63,643 nucleotides of DNA from assembly GCA_038087875.1 (NCBI GenBank), contig JAXLNO010000455.1, positions 124,001 to 187,643 of the forward strand, given 5' to 3'. This stretch comes from Malacoraja senta. Its lineage: Eukaryota. The position numbers and the translations under genes were made by a program. Under the pieces are notes generated by a model that searched no databases, had not been told where the DNA came from, and was given only the letters and a program-made list of their open reading frames with translations. This document shows positions 13,340 through 27,677 of this stretch, piece after piece. Every line of letters starts with the position of its first letter. The stretch's first letter is position 1.

Positions 13340-14855
13340 TTACATAACTTCTGATACCCTCTTGAATCTTTCAAAAGCTACAATGTGTTAAATAACACTT
13401 AAACAAATAAAACTGAAGCAAATAAAGGCAAACAGAAGAAACAACCTTGGAGGGGAAAACCCCCCTAAATAACGTGAGTGACCTGAATGAGGGACTTACC
13501 TGCAAGCCAGCCAGGAAACCCGTTCGAACCGTTTAAATCTTTCCCATCCACCAATACGTCCAATTAGTTCAAATGGTAACTGTACCCGCATCAGACGGCT
13601 TTAAGAAATTCTCCGTGAATACCTTCAGTAATACTTGAAGGTCAAAACACAATTGGTGACGCATCGTGTTAATACGATGTTACTAGAGACAATTAACACG
13701 CGCTTCACAGTGACAGCCCCACTGTCTCGCGGAAAGCGGAGATTTTAATAGATTTTTTTTCATCAAATTTCAAAATCCGGATTACAAAACATGTAAATGG
13801 TAGGCCTCTGAGTAGTGTTGTAGAGCAGAGGGATCTAGGAGTGCAGGTGCCCCCACTTCTCAAAACATGGGGGTCGTGACCCACCCCCCCCCGGGAATTC
13901 CGCCCATGCTCTCTCCCACCCTTCCCTTTCAGATCTGCAAAGCACATGCCACTAGCTGCACTACTGTTGCGGCCTATTTACATGCCATTACCACTGCAAG
14001 CATCAGCTGCATCAGGAGGACAGGCCTCCAGTGTAAGTGAACGGGCAACCAGACAAAGGCACAGTGAGAAGCCGGGAGGGATGGCTGATTGAAGCCCATC
14101 CACAATAGACAAGGAGGGAGGGTCAGCCAAATGTATTCGGTATTGTGATTGGCAAGAGGGATGGTGTATTGAAGTGTATTGGCAGGGAGGACAGCCTATT
14201 CTCATCGACAGGATGGCCGATTAGGTCAGACTTGGCTGCGGAAGTACGAAGAACAACTTCCAACCCACTAAAACCCACACATGGAATTTTAAAATGCATT
14301 TTAAGCTTCTACTGCTGTGGAAGAGTTTCAGTGAATGCCAAGATCCACCAGGTACTCACTGGTTTCTGAAAAGACATTTGGACAGAAATATTGACAAAAG
14401 GGTTTAGAGGACTGTGGGCCAAATGAGCCCAGTTTGCCAACTTGCTTCGCAAGGCCAACTAACAACATGTTGCATGACTACAACACCATGAGTATCCTGG
14501 AGTCCCAGGGATGGACATGATTGTGCCGAGGACCTCCTGTGATTGTGCAAGTTACTGGGTCGCTGGTGGCTGTACCAGAATGTGGGAAAGGGGTGAATGG
14601 ACTACGAGGGATCCTGCAGCCAGGGCAGCTCCAGGGTAATAAGGTCATGTGATAGGAGCAGAATTAGGCCATTCAGCCCATCTACTCCACCATTCAATCA
14701 TGGCTGATCTATCTCTCCCTCCTAACCGCATTCTCCTGCCTTCTCCCCATAACCCCCGACACCCGGGCTGCTCACGGGCAGCCGTGACCTGCGGAGATGA
14801 AGGGCTCCAGGAGGAAGAGCGGGAATGCAGAAGGATGGGACAGTCAGGGGCTCAC

Positions 14856-14929
14856 CTGAGTGCTTTCCAGCGTGCCCAGCTTCTCGGCACGAGAACAGAT
14901 ACCTCTGGATGACATCAAGAGGCCAATAC
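14856..14929 (-). CDS. SUN-like exon just after the TM: (G)IGLLMSSRGICSRAEKLGTLESTQ
   Basis: ctgcag|GT..CAG|gtgagc, phase 1-0. Confidence 0.7.
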
Positions 14930-16335
14930 CTGCAGAGGCAGAAAGGTTGCACTGAAGCAAGCAACATTCAAAGTATGCAGTCGCCTCAGTCCGCTCAAAG
15001 TTGCCAAACACTTTAATTCCCCTTCCCACACTTAACCTTTCTGTCCTGGGCCTCCTCCTTTGTCAGAGTGAGGCCAAACACAAATTGGAGGAACAACATC
15101 TCATATTTTGCTTGTTTCTTTTATCATAGTTACTTTTTTGCATATCTTTCATTCATTTGTTCTATATCTCTCTACATCACCATCTATATCTCTCATTTCC
15201 CATTCCCCCGACTCTCAGTCTGAAGAAGGGTCTCGACACTAAAAGTCACCTATTTCTTTTCTCTAGAGATTCTGTCTGACCCGCTGAGTTCCTCCAGCAT
15301 TTTGTGTTTATCTTTGGTGTAAACCAGCATCTGCAGTTCCTTCCCACACATTAACCTTTGCTTTTTACCACAAATCTAATTTTGGTTCCAATGTAACACT
15401 CACCTTTTACCTTTTGACCAGCCTGCCATAAGGGACCTTGCCAAAAACCTCACTGAAAACCATAGTCTCCATGAAACATGCTGCCTTTATCAATTCTTTG
15501 TCACCAACTCAAACAATTAAACCATCAGTCAGACAAGGTCTTCCTACAAGAACTCCATCCTGACAATCCCTCCTTAACTCAACTTTTAAACAATAGACAA
15601 TAGGTGCAGGAGTAGGCCATTCGAGCCAACACCGCCATTCAATATGATCATGGCTGATCATCCACAATCAGTACCCTGTTCCTGCCTTCTCACCATATCC
15701 ATTGACTCCACTATCTTTAAGAGCTCTATCTAACTCTCTTGAAAGCATCCAGAGAATTGGCATCCACTAGCAAGCATGTCCTACCTCAAATTTGGAGACC
15801 AAAACTGCTCACAACACTCCAGGTGTGGTCTCACTAGGGCCCCGTACAACTGCAGAAGGAACTCTTTGCTCCTATACTCATCTCTTCTTGTTATGAAGGC
15901 CAACATGCCATTAGCTTTCTTCACTGCCTGCTGTACCTGCATGCTTACTCTCAGTTCTAAAAATCATTCACTTCTAAATGAATTTGATACCATTTCGAAT
16001 CTATTCCAATAATTTGTCCTCCACAGGTTAAGCCAACTGGCCTGTAATTACTTGGGCTCTCCCATGCTCCCCTTTTAAACAACCGTATGTTAGTAATCTA
16101 ATCCTCCAGTATTACTCCTGCAGTGAGTAAGAATCAAAATATCAGTCGGAGCATCTATAATTTCTTCCCTGGCTCCCTTCATACATCCTGGGATACATTT
16201 CATCCGAGCCTGGTGAATTACCCATTGACTAAAATGATCGACCTTTGATGCCATCAACTAACATATCAGCTTCCACCATTATCCCGGGAAGCACGTTCCA
16301 GACACCCACCATTAAAAAAAACAAACTTTGGGGCC

Positions 16336-17262
16336 ATATCTCCTTTAAACATCGCCATTCTCACCTGAAAGCTCTGCCCTCTAGCCTTTGACATTTTCCC
16401 CTCGATGGAATCCTTGCATCAAGTGGAGCCACACTCCTCCATTGGATTTTCCAGCCTTTCTTTCCTCTTCCCCCCAAACACTCACTAACTTCATGCCCTC
16501 GTTCCCTGTTCTGCCCATCTCCCCCACAAATCTTGGCACAAATTTCCTTCCAAACCAAACCATATCAACCCATCCAAACGGCGTTAGCAAACCCATCGAG
16601 GAGATTGGTCCCAGACTCGAGGTGCCACCTGCCCTCAGTGCCAGTGCCCGAGGAATATACAGCCCTCCCTCCTGCATCATCACTCCCCTACTCATCACCC
16701 ACACTCCATTCTCACACCTACACTCACTGTACCAGCTACTGGGAGCAATCTGGAGATTAGCATCTTTGCACGCTTTAGAACAGCGAGATTATCAAATACA
16801 AGCACCCTGATAATAGAATATAAAGACAGGGATGTAACGCTGAGGCTTTATAAGGCACTGGCCAGACCACATTTGGAGTATTGTGAGCGTTTAGGCTCCA
16901 CATCTGAAGAAGGAAATGCTGGCATTGGAGAGGGTCCAGAGGTTTACGAGAATGATCCCAGGAATGAGTGGGTTGACGTGTGATGAGCATTTGTAGACAC
17001 TGGGCCTGTACTCACTGGACCTGTACTCTCTGTAGGATGAGGAGGGACTTGATTGAAACTTGCCGAATAGTGAAAGGCCTGGATAGAGTGGATGTGGAGA
17101 GGATGTTTCCACTAGTGGGAGAGTTTAGGACCAGAGGCCATAGCCTCAGAACAACATCACGTACCTTTAGAAAGGAGACGAGGTGGAATTTCTTTAGTTA
17201 GGGGGTGATGAATCTGTGAAATTCATTGCCACAGACGGCTGAGGAGGCCAAGACAATGGGTG
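16336..17262 (+). repeat. Left copy of a ~925-bp direct duplication flanking an L1 (right copy 20895-21816)
   Basis: About 11 substitutions and 3 small indels by eye; each copy contains unique DNA plus a CR1 3' fragment. Confidence 0.95.
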
Positions 17263-20200
17263 GTTTTTTTGGGGGGGGGTTTGAAAATATTTTTTATTGG
17301 AGATAAGTACATAACATATTAACATCATTACCAGTCTTGCATTTTTAAATTGATAATATTGTCAATTATTATTACATTGTCTCCAATACCTTTTGCCTTT
17401 TTTTTTTTTTTTTAAACGAGATAGAACTAAAAAGATAGATGAAGTAAAGAAAGAAAAGAGAGAGAAGAAATGAGAAAGAAAAAAAAAAAGAAAAAAACCC
17501 AGAAAAGAAAAAGATAGTTAAAGAAGAATGGAAAAATTTATTAAGATAAAAAACTTTGTTCGAGATATATTCGTACATTTCAGAGTATAACATTTCATCC
17601 ATTCTTTAGCCCGAGTGTTAGTCAGGTTCCTGTGCTGAACCATTCTGACCCTTTAAATAATCAATAAAGGGAGACCATGTTCCAACGAATAATTCCTGTT
17701 TGTCCAACAGGGAGAATCTGATTCTTTCCACGTTTAAGGTCTCCGTCATTTCTATAAACCACATTTTGATTGTGGGGGTTATAGGGCCTTTCCAAAATTT
17801 TAGAATTAATTTTTCACCCGTTATTATACTATAATCAATAAAGTTTCTTTGTGTTGTTGTAAATGTTTGATTTAGTTCTAATGTTCCGAGTATTATTAAT
17901 TTTGGATCCGGGTCCAATTGTGTGCTGGTCACTTTGGATATTATACTGAAAATATTTACCCAGAATTTTTTAATTTTTATACAGTTTGCAAACATATGAG
18001 ATAAGTTAGCTTCTAAATGTTGACATTTATCACATATAGGTGAGATATGTTGAAAGATTTTATGTAATTGTGTTTTTGAATAATGTAACCTATGTATTAA
18101 TTTAAATTGTATTAAAGAATGTCTGGCATTTAATGAACATTGATGTATGTGTTGTAAACATTCTTCCCAAGTATCTTTCGTTATTATTTGATTTAATTCT
18201 TTTTCCCATGTTTGTCTGTGTAAGTCCGTCGATGGAATGTCACTGTCTAATAAAATATTATATATATAAGATATTTATTTTTCCTGTATTAGGATGTTTA
18301 TTCCAACATTCATCAAAAATTTCTGAATTTCTAATTCGAAAATTTTGAGTATTCGATTTTACATAATCTCTGAGTTGAAGATATCTGAAAAAATAATTTC
18401 CTCGAAGTCCATAAGTCTGTTGCAACTCCTGAAATGTAAGAAAAGTGCCTTCCTTGTAAATTTGCCCCATATTTTTAATTCCATAATTCTTCCATTGTGT
18501 AAAACCCCTGTCCAACCATGAGGGCTTAAACAAAGGGTTATTCACAATTGGAAGAAAAAGTGATAAATTATCTAATTTTAATGTCTTTTTTAATTGTTTC
18601 CAAATTCGTATAGCACTGAATATTATAGGGTTTTCCATATAATTTTTTTTGTTTAATTTAGACGTAGCAAATAATATCGAGCCGATATCAAAAGGTAAAC
18701 AATCTTCCTTTTCCATTTTTAACCAATCTGGTTGTTGATCTATTTCTTCCAACCAGAAATTCATATTTTTAATATTAACTGCCCAAAAATAAAACAGAAA
18801 GTTTGGTAAAACCAAGCCTCCATTTATTTTTGATTTACACAAATGTCTTTTGTTTATCCTATGATTCTTATAATCCCAGATAAAATCATTAACAATGGAA
18901 TCCAATTTTAAAAAAAAGTTTTTTGACAAATATATCGGAATTGTCTGAAAAAGGTATAATATTTGCGGTAAAAAAAATCATTTTTATGGCATTAATTTTG
19001 CCAACCATTGAGATTGGAAGTGTTTTCCAATATTGAATATTCTTATGTAGTTTGTTCAGTAATGGGGGAAAATTTGCTTTAAATAATGATGTATTAGTTA
19101 CGTAAATGCCTAGGTATTTGAATTTTTCGTTTACTATTTTAAATGGAAATTGTTGTATTATATGTTTGTTGTGTTCCCTTATTGGCATAATTTCACTTTT
19201 ATTCCAATTTATTCTATATCCTGAGAGTGAACCAAATTGGGTTATTAGATTTAATAAGTTTGGAATACTAATTTCTGGTTTTGTAATGTAAATTAGTACA
19301 TCATCTGCGTATAGAGAAATTTTATTCACTGTATCCTTTGTGTTATACCCATGTATTTCCGGATGACCCCTAACTCTTTCTGCGAGTGGCTCAATAGCAA
19401 GCGCAAATAATAATGGAGACAACGGGCATCCTTGTCTACAACCTCTAGATAGGCTGAATTTAGATGACAACCTTTGGTTTGTTAATATTCTAGCCGTAGG
19501 GTTTGTATATAACAGTTTTATCCATGTGCAGAATTTCTCCCCTTGCTGCATTTTTTCCATCACCGAAAATAAATAGGACCATTCAACCTGATCAAAAGCT
19601 TTTTCAGCGTCAAGTGAGATTATTGCTAGATCTTCATTAACAATTCTCCTAGAATATATAATATTAAATAATCTTCTTAGATTATAATATGAGTACCGTT
19701 TCTGAATAAAGCCTGTTTGGTCAGGGTGTATTAATTTATTCATTACTGTACTTAATCTGTGCGCTAGTATTTTAGTTAATATTTTCTGATCTGTATTTAA
19801 AAGTGCAATTGCTCTATATGATCCCGGATCTTCCGGATCTTTATCAACTTTAGGAATAAGTGTTATTATAGATTCATTTAAAGTATCTGGAAGTTTCTGT
19901 TGAGTATAGATATGCTCATACACCCTTTGTAAACGTGGGGAGAGCAAGTCATAGAATTTTTTATAGAATTCAGAGCCTAAACCATCTGGTCCTACTGCTT
20001 TACCATTTTTTAAAGAACCAATAGACTCTTCAATATCCTTTATCGTAATCTCCCCTTCTAATAATTCTCTATCGTTTGAGTCTAAACCTTTTAAATTACA
20101 TTTTAGTAAAAAATCTGCTATTCCTTCTGGTTGTACTACAGTTTTAGTTGAATAAAGATTATGATAGTATTGGAGAAATCTCTCGTTTATATTCTTGGGC

Positions 20201-20894
20201 ATTTTTAATAATTCTCCTGTATCTGTTCTAATTTTATGAATTATTTTTTCTCCTTCCATTTTTCATAACTGACGTGCTAATAGTTTTTGTGGTTTGTCTC
20301 CAAACTCGAAATGTAATTGTTTGGTTTTTTGATAAAGTTTTATTACTTGTTCTGAATACATTTTGTTTAATTTATATTTCAATACAGCAATTTTATTATG
20401 TTTTAATATAGATGGCATTCTCGCATTTTCTATATCTAGTTGCTTGATTTCCCTTTCCAATGTTTGTTGTTTAATCCTGTTCTCTTTATTATAAAATACT
20501 TGGGCAGAAATTAATGCACCTCAAACAAACGCTTTAAACGTTTCCCACATAAGAGAAGTAGGTGTGTCAAGGTTGTCATTTACCTCAAAAAATATTTGAA
20601 TCTGTTTAATAAGATATTCCTGGCATGATCTTTCGTTCAAAATTTGTGGGTTAAATCTCTAATATGTTTGTTTCTCGGACATTCCATTTAATTTAATCAT
20701 GAATGTTACAGGTGCGTGATCTGAGATTATAATATTATGGTATTTTGAGTTGTAAGTAAATGGGATAAACGTGGAGTCAACTAAAAAATAATCTATTCTT
20801 GAGTATGTTTTATGTACTGGTGAGTAAAATGAATATTCCCGTCCAGTTGGATTTTCAATTCTCCAGACATCCTTAATATTAGTGGTATTAATAA
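17263..20894 (-). mobile_element. 5'-truncated L1-clade LINE (part of the endonuclease, RT, C-terminal Cys/His region, 3' UTR), frameshifted
   Basis: ORF 18889..20259 has KAVGPDG, DAEKAFD, GCRQGCPLSPLLF and YADD; downstream ORFs 18258..18929 and 17618..17995; AATAAA and A-tail near 17264-17300. Confidence 0.95.
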
Positions 20895-22286
20895 ATATCT
20901 CCTTTAAGCATCGCCACTCTCACCTGAAAGCTCTGCCCTCTAGCCTTTGACATTTTCCCCTCGGTGGAATCCTTGCATCAAGTGGAGCCACACTCCTCCA
21001 TTGGATTTTCCAGCCTTCCTCTTCCCCCCAAACACTCACTAACTTCATGCCCTCGTTCCCTGTTCTGCCCATCTGCCCCACAAATCTTGGCACAAATTTC
21101 CTTCCAAACCAAACCATATCAACCCATCCAAACGGCGTTAGCAAACCCATCGAGGAAATTGGTCCCAGCCTCGAGGTGCCACCTGCCCTCAGTGCCAGTG
21201 CCCGAGGAATATACAGCCCTCCCTCCTGCATCATCACTCCCCTACTCATCACCCACACTCCATTCCCACACCTACACTCACTGTACCAGCTACTGGGAGC
21301 AATCTGGAGATTAGCATCTTTGCACGCTTTAGAACAGCGAGATTATCAAATACAAGCACCCTGATAATAGAATATAAAGACAGGGATGTAACGCTGAGGC
21401 TTTATAAGGCACTGGCCAGACCACATTTGGAGTATTGTGAGCGTTTAGGCTCCACATCTGAAGAAGGAAATGCTGGCATTGGAGAGGGTCCAGAGGAGGT
21501 TTGCGAGAATGATCCCAGGAATGAGTGGGTTGACGTGTGATGAGCATTTGTAGACACTGGGCCTGTACTCACTGGACCTGTACTCTCTGTAGGATGAGGA
21601 GGGACTTCATTGAAACTTGCCGAATAGTGAAAGGCCTGGATAGAGTGGATATGGAGAGGATGTTTCCACTAGTGGGAGAGTTTAGGACCAGAGGCCATAG
21701 CCTCAGAACATCACGTACCTTTAGAAAGGAGACGAGGTGGAACTTCTTTAGTTAGGGGGTGATGAATCTGTGAAATTCATTGCCACAGACGGCTGAGGAG
21801 GCCAAGACAATGGGTGTTTTTAAGGTGGAGATTGATAAGATTCTTGATTAGTACGGGTGTCGGAGGTTATGGGGAACAGGCAGGAGAATGGGGTTGAGAG
21901 GGAAAGATAGATCAGCCATGATTGAATAGTGGAGTAGGCTTGATGGGCCAAATGGCCTAATTCTGCTCCTCTAATTTATGAACAATATAATACAACCTCA
22001 ATTCAGCTGCTTGGACCTCACTCTAATTCCAATAAGAACCTTGGGCTCGGGATACTCAGTTTACTTTATAAATTCACCAGTGTTGTTCTGTCAAACAGAC
22101 TGTTAAATACAGCCCAGGGCCCACCCCAATCCCTCCCTCCACCTTTAATCCGTAACTCTCAACTTGACTGTTTCTCCTCATGCTTTGCCTCAACTGCTCG
22201 AACCCTCAGTGAAGATTTTCTCTTTATATTGTCCTGCAGACATCAATGATCAATGAAGTGAGATGTGAAATGGAGCAGGTCCTTAC

Positions 22287-22339
22287 CCAGTAATGCCAGC
22301 AACACCAACAGCATCCACTTCTTCACGTGAGGGACACAC
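22287..22339 (-). CDS. SUN-like transmembrane exon (R)CVPHVKKWMLLVLLALL(G)
   Basis: cctccag|G..CTGG|gtaagg, phase 2-1; cf. SUN1 RCLRNICKFLVLLIPLFLLL. Confidence 0.85.
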
Positions 22340-23498
22340 CTGGAGGGGAAACACACAAGTCAGCCGGCTATTGAATCCAACCCCGTCTCAAGCAAGATGG
22401 ATACAAAAAGCTGTCGTAACTCAATGGGTCGGGCAGCATCTCTGGTGTCTGAAGAAGGGCATTGTCCTGAAATGTCACCCATTCCTTCTCTCCAGAGACG
22501 CCATGGACCGACGCTGCTGACAGATCGTCAGTCCACACACCAAAAGCTCAGAGCCACGGTGAGACTGGTACAAAGATTAGTCAACCTAGGGTGCAGTATC
22601 ACAGGGCTGTTCTATGGATGTATCTGGGGTAGAGTGTGGGCAAGGTATCTTGTAGTCCATGGCTCGAAGGGCCGAATGGCCTACTTCTGCACCTATTTTT
22701 CTATTTTTTCCCTATGTTTCTAGTGGGTTTATCTGGGGTAGTACAAGTGGGTTGGCCTGTGGTGGGTTTATCTGGTATAGTACAAGTGGGTTGGCCTGTG
22801 GTGGGTTTATCTGGGGTAGTACAAGTGGGTTATCATTTTTTAAGTTTAGTTTAAAGACACAGCACAGAAACAGGCCCTTCGGCCCACCGAGTCCGTACCG
22901 GCCAACGATTCCCGCCCACTAACACTACTCTACACAGACTAGGGTCATGGAGTGATACAGTTTGGAAACAGGCCCTTCGGCCCAACTTGCCCACACCGAC
23001 CAACAATGTCCCAGCTACACCAGAACATATGTCCTCTGGTCCTCGATTCCCCTACTCTGGGCAAGAAACTGTGCATCTACCCGATCTATTCCTCTCATGA
23101 TTTTGTATGCCTCTATAAGATCTCCCCTCATCCTGCTGAGCTCCATGGAATAGAGACCCAGCCTACTCAACCTCTCCCACAGCTTACACCCTCTAGTCCT
23201 GGCAACATCTTCGTAAATCTTCTCGGAATCCTTTCAAGCTTGACAATATTTTTCATATAACATGGTGCCCCGAACTGAACACAATATTTTAAATGCGGTC
23301 TCACCAACGTCTTATACAATTGCAACATGACCTCCCAGTTTCCACAATCAAAACTCTGACTGATGAAGGCCAATGTGCCAAATCCTTTTTGACCACCTTA
23401 TCTACCTGCGACTCGACCTTCAAGGAACCATGCACCTGCACTCCTAGATCCCTCTGGTCTACAACACTACCCAGAGGCCTACCATTTACTGTGTAGGC

Positions 23499-26400
23499 AG
23501 GGCTCTCGCTTAACTTTTATTTCCTGTTGCCAGCTGGGCAACCTAGGCAGCTTTTTAGGTTGCCAAATGACAGTTTAGGTGGTCATTTAGGACGGCTCGC
23601 ATGACACGTGCAATAATGTGCTCGGACGAAGTGCGTAGTTACCAGTCAGAATTATGGTCAATGAAGCATTCACATATTTTTTCTGCTTCAAATAAAGTCA
23701 CAAAATAAACATATTCACCAATCAAGACATGATATATACCACAATGACATGCAGCAACATTACAATACAGTATCTCATCTCTTTTTACACGTTGCAATGA
23801 ATGCAATTTCTATTATTTCTTTCCACTTCCAAACAAAATTCTGGTTAGATTATTCAGCGTATGATCAACCCAGTGAGACCAAGTGCAGGCTTGGCGATCG
23901 CTTCCCCACAATACCTACACTCAGTTCGCAATAACCAAACTGATCTCCCAGTGGCTGAACACTTCAACCTCCCCCTCCCATTCCGAATCTGACCTTTCTG
24001 TCCTGGGCCTCCTCCATGGCCAGAGTGAGGCCCACTGCAAATTGGAGGAGCAGCACCTCATATTTCGCTTGGGTAGTTTACACCCCAGCGGTATGAACAT
24101 TGGCTTATCCAATTTCAAGTAGTCCTTGCTTTCTCCCTCCTTCCCCTCCCATTCCCAGCTCTCCCACAGCCTACTGTCTCCGCCTCTTCCTTTCTTTTTC
24201 CCGACCCCCCCCCCACCATCAGTCTGAAGAAGGGTCTCAACCGGAAACGTCGCCTATTCCTTCTCTCCAAAGATGCTGCCTCACCCGCTGATTTTCTCCA
24301 GCTTTGTCTACCAACGGGATCCCACCACTGGCCACAACTTCCCATCTCCTCCCGTCGGCCCTCCGCAGAGACCGATCCCTCCGTAACTCCCTGGTCATTT
24401 TGTCCCTTCCCACCCAAACCACACCCTCTCCTTGCACTTTCCCTTGCAACGGCAGGAAATGCTACACTTGTCGCTTTACCTTCCCCCTTGACTCCATTCA
24501 AGGACCCAAGCAGTCTTTGCAGGTGAGGCAGAGGTTCACCTGCACCTCCTCCAACCTCATCTATTGCATCTGCTGCTCTAGGTGTCAGCTGCTCTACATT
24601 GGTGAGACCAAGCGTAGGCTTGGCGATCGCTTTGCCCAACACGTCCGCTCGGTTTGCAATAACCAACCTGATCGTGACTCGGCACTTCAACTCCACCTCC
24701 CATTACGAATCCGACCTTTCTGTCCTGGGCCTCTTCCATGGCCAGAGTGAGCACCACCATAAATTGGAGAAGCAACACCTCATATTTTGCTTGCGCAGTT
24801 TACACCCCAGCGGTATGAACATTGACTTCTCCAATTTCAGGTAGTCCCTGCTTTCTCCTCCGCTTCCCAACGCTCCTTCAGCCCACTGTCTCCACCTCTT
24901 CCTTTCTTTTTCCCACCTCCCCGCACCCTCACATCAGTCTGAAGAAGGGTCTCGACCCGAAACGCCGCCTATTTCCTTCGCTCCATAGATGCTGCCTCAC
25001 CCGCTGAGTTTCTCCAGCATTTTTGTCTCCCCATTCACACAACTTCTTTTGTCCCACTTTCCTCACCCACTCCCTACACATTAGGGGCAATTTTACAGAG
25101 ACAAGTTAACCTACAAAGCCAATGCGTTTTTGGGATGTGGGAGGAAACCCACACGCTTGCAGGGAGAATGTGCAAATTCAAAACAGACAGTGCCCGAGGA
25201 GATGATCGAACACAGATCTCTGGCGTGTCAGGCAGCAAGTCCAACAGCTGTGCCACTATATTTTATTTTCCAACACACAAAAAATTATACGTTGATAACA
25301 TTGGTTACAAAAAAAAAAAACTATCCATTTTCAGTCTGAAATCTCTAGGTGATGCTATGACCCCCTTTACAGCTACTGTATGTTTTAATTCATTTCATTG
25401 GCCATAAAGTTGCTGCCTAAAATTGCCAGAGACCCAGAATTGATCCTGAATATGGGTGCTGTCTGTATGGAGTTTGCTCCTTTTCCCTTTGATCGCATGG
25501 GTTTTCTCCGGGTGCTCGTTTCCTTCCACATTCCAAAGGTGTGCAGGAACCTATTTCAGACCCAACTCAAAACGTAATATTTTCCTTTTGTCCAGAGATT
25601 CTGTCTGACCTGTTGAGTTACTCCAGCTTTTTGTGTCTATCTTCAGTTTGAACCAGCATCTGCAGTTCTTTCGTACACACACAATACTATACGATAGAAC
25701 TTTATTAATCCCAGGAGGGAAATTGTCTGTGAATACAGTTATATATTCATATATAAATATACACTGTTTTGTTTTCTCGTTTATAACTGTTTACAGAGTA
25801 CTATGTTTACATATGCTGTTGTGCTGCTGCAAGTAAGGATTTCATTGTTCTAACTGGGACGTGAGAGAATAAAAACTCTTGACTCTTGACTTACGTCACT
25901 AATGTGTGGGATAGAACTAGTGTACGGCTGATCGGTGGTCGGCGTGGACTCGGTGGGCCGAAGGTCCTGTTTCCACGCTGTATCTTTAAATTAAACTTAA
26001 AACACTAAAACCAGAGGAAATCTAAAGAAGGGTCTCTACCCAAAACGTCACCCAATTTCTTCTATCCAGAGATGCTGGCTGCTCCATTGAATTCCGCCGC
26101 ACAATTAAAGCATGGAATTGTCATCACCCTACTATAGGTACCCAACCAGAAGCAATTAAATTTAAGGTAGCTCTTTTTTCCCCCCAAGAACCCTTTTTTG
26201 TTTAAGTCCAAGTCAAGAGTCAAGAGTTTTATTGTCATGTGTCCCAGATAGGATAATGAAATTCTTGCTTGCTGCAGCGCGACAGAATATGTAAACATAA
26301 TACAGAACGGGAGATAAAAGTTCAGTGTGTCTATATACCATAGACCATATATATATACACACAATAAATAAACAAACAGATAAAATGCAATAGGCTATTT

Positions 26401-26958
26401 TTCAGTTTGGAGGTGGTGTTTAAATTCTGTTTAAATTCCATTTCGAATATTTTTGGAGGACCAGAAAACCAAGAAGCAAGAGTTACTCCAGCTCCAGCGA
26501 GTGATTCTGCGTTGATTTTCAGCGGTCATGGTGAGGTGGCGACCGGACAGCAATGGCGGCCAAATCTCCCACAATGCAAAGGAAGGGAGAAAGTGGCCGA
26601 CGCTGACCAGTTGCAGTGGCAGTGCGCATGTGCAGGGCGGCACATACGCATAACCACGGCCGATGATGCACTGGCCAAAGATCCTCGCTATAGGATCTTT
26701 GGTGCTGGCCGTGGTTGTCAGTTGTGCGCATATGTAAGGCGGCCGGCCGTGCCGGCGGATGAGGAGCGGGCAGAGACCAGAGACCCGGGTGGCAGGCGGA
26801 GATGGAGAGTGACAGAGAGAGAGACGGGGCCCGCTCAGAATTAAACGATAGGTGTATCGGGTGCTTGCCAAGCCAAGCAAAATGGCATGGCTTTTAGGTT
26901 GCCCAGCGGGACTGTAGGTTGCCATTGGCAAACGGGCAACTGCTAATTTCGAGCCCTG
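23499..26958 (+). mobile_element. hAT-like non-autonomous DNA transposon ends with nested Penelope/SINE insertions; second left-end copy at 28822-29500
   Basis: CAGGGCTC.. / ..GAGCCCTG termini; 23499-23870 strongly resembles 28822-29195; no matching TSD found. Confidence 0.55.
23874..25030 (+). mobile_element. Penelope-like element 3' part: GIY-YIG endonuclease with direct pseudo-LTR repeats
   Basis: ORF 24304..24750 FTCTSSNLIYCICCSRCQLLYIGETKRRLGDRFAQHVRS; 23874-24305 is repeated at 24600-25030. Confidence 0.9.
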
Positions 26959-26978
26959 GTTAGAAATAGGTGCCTTAC

Positions 26979-27025
26979 CTCCCTATGACATCCATAAAGA
27001 CTAAATCCAGGTAGACGAAGTTATG
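26979..27025 (-). CDS. SUN-like exon before the TM: HNFVYLDLVFMDVIG(R)
   Basis: ttttcag|CAT..GAG|gtaagg, phase 0-2, ends in a split Arg like SUN1/2 ..VF(L/V)LT-R. Confidence 0.7.
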
Positions 27026-27677
27026 CTGAAAAATAAAATTAACATACCATTTTAATGTTCGAAATGTTCCAACGTACTTCTCTATAGACAAAGTGCTGGA
27101 ATAACTCAGTGGGACAGACAGCCTTGGGTGAGAAGATTCTAGTCTTCAAGGTAAAAACACCTGGACAATGCCTGGAGAAGTATCTCCAACAAGGACCATT
27201 GTGTCTCTTCAGTAGCGACTCCTACAGGTTGGACCAATATTAAGGTAGTCTAATATTTAGACTAAAATTCTTAAGGGTCTGAAGAGCCCCACGCAGAATT
27301 ACCAATCATTGTTCTCCAGCGATGTTGCCCGACCATCAGAGTCAAACTAGTGTTTAAGAAGGGACTGCATATGCTGGAAAATCAAAGGTAGACAAAAATG
27401 CTGGAGAAACTCAGCAGGTGAGGCAGCATCTATGGAGCGAAGGAAATTGGCAACATTTTGGGCCAAAACTTTCTTCAGACTTTTTTTAAACGTGGCTGTG
27501 GTATCGGGTCTGGGTTAGGATGTGGTCGTAGAGTTGGAGGGAAGGGGGAATCACAGAGGGGGGGGCAGTGAGAGAGGAGGTCGTTAAACTGTCTTCGGAG
27601 GGAGGAGAAGAACTTCTTCAAAGTAGGCATACCTTGAGGAGATTTCGCAGTTTCAAACTAGTACTTTGTCCACATAC

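Noticed and set aside
16388..16810. 140-aa ORF repeated at 21047..21364
   Set aside because: Repeated only because of the L1-flanking duplication; a 5-nt indel changes the frame between copies; no recognisable domain
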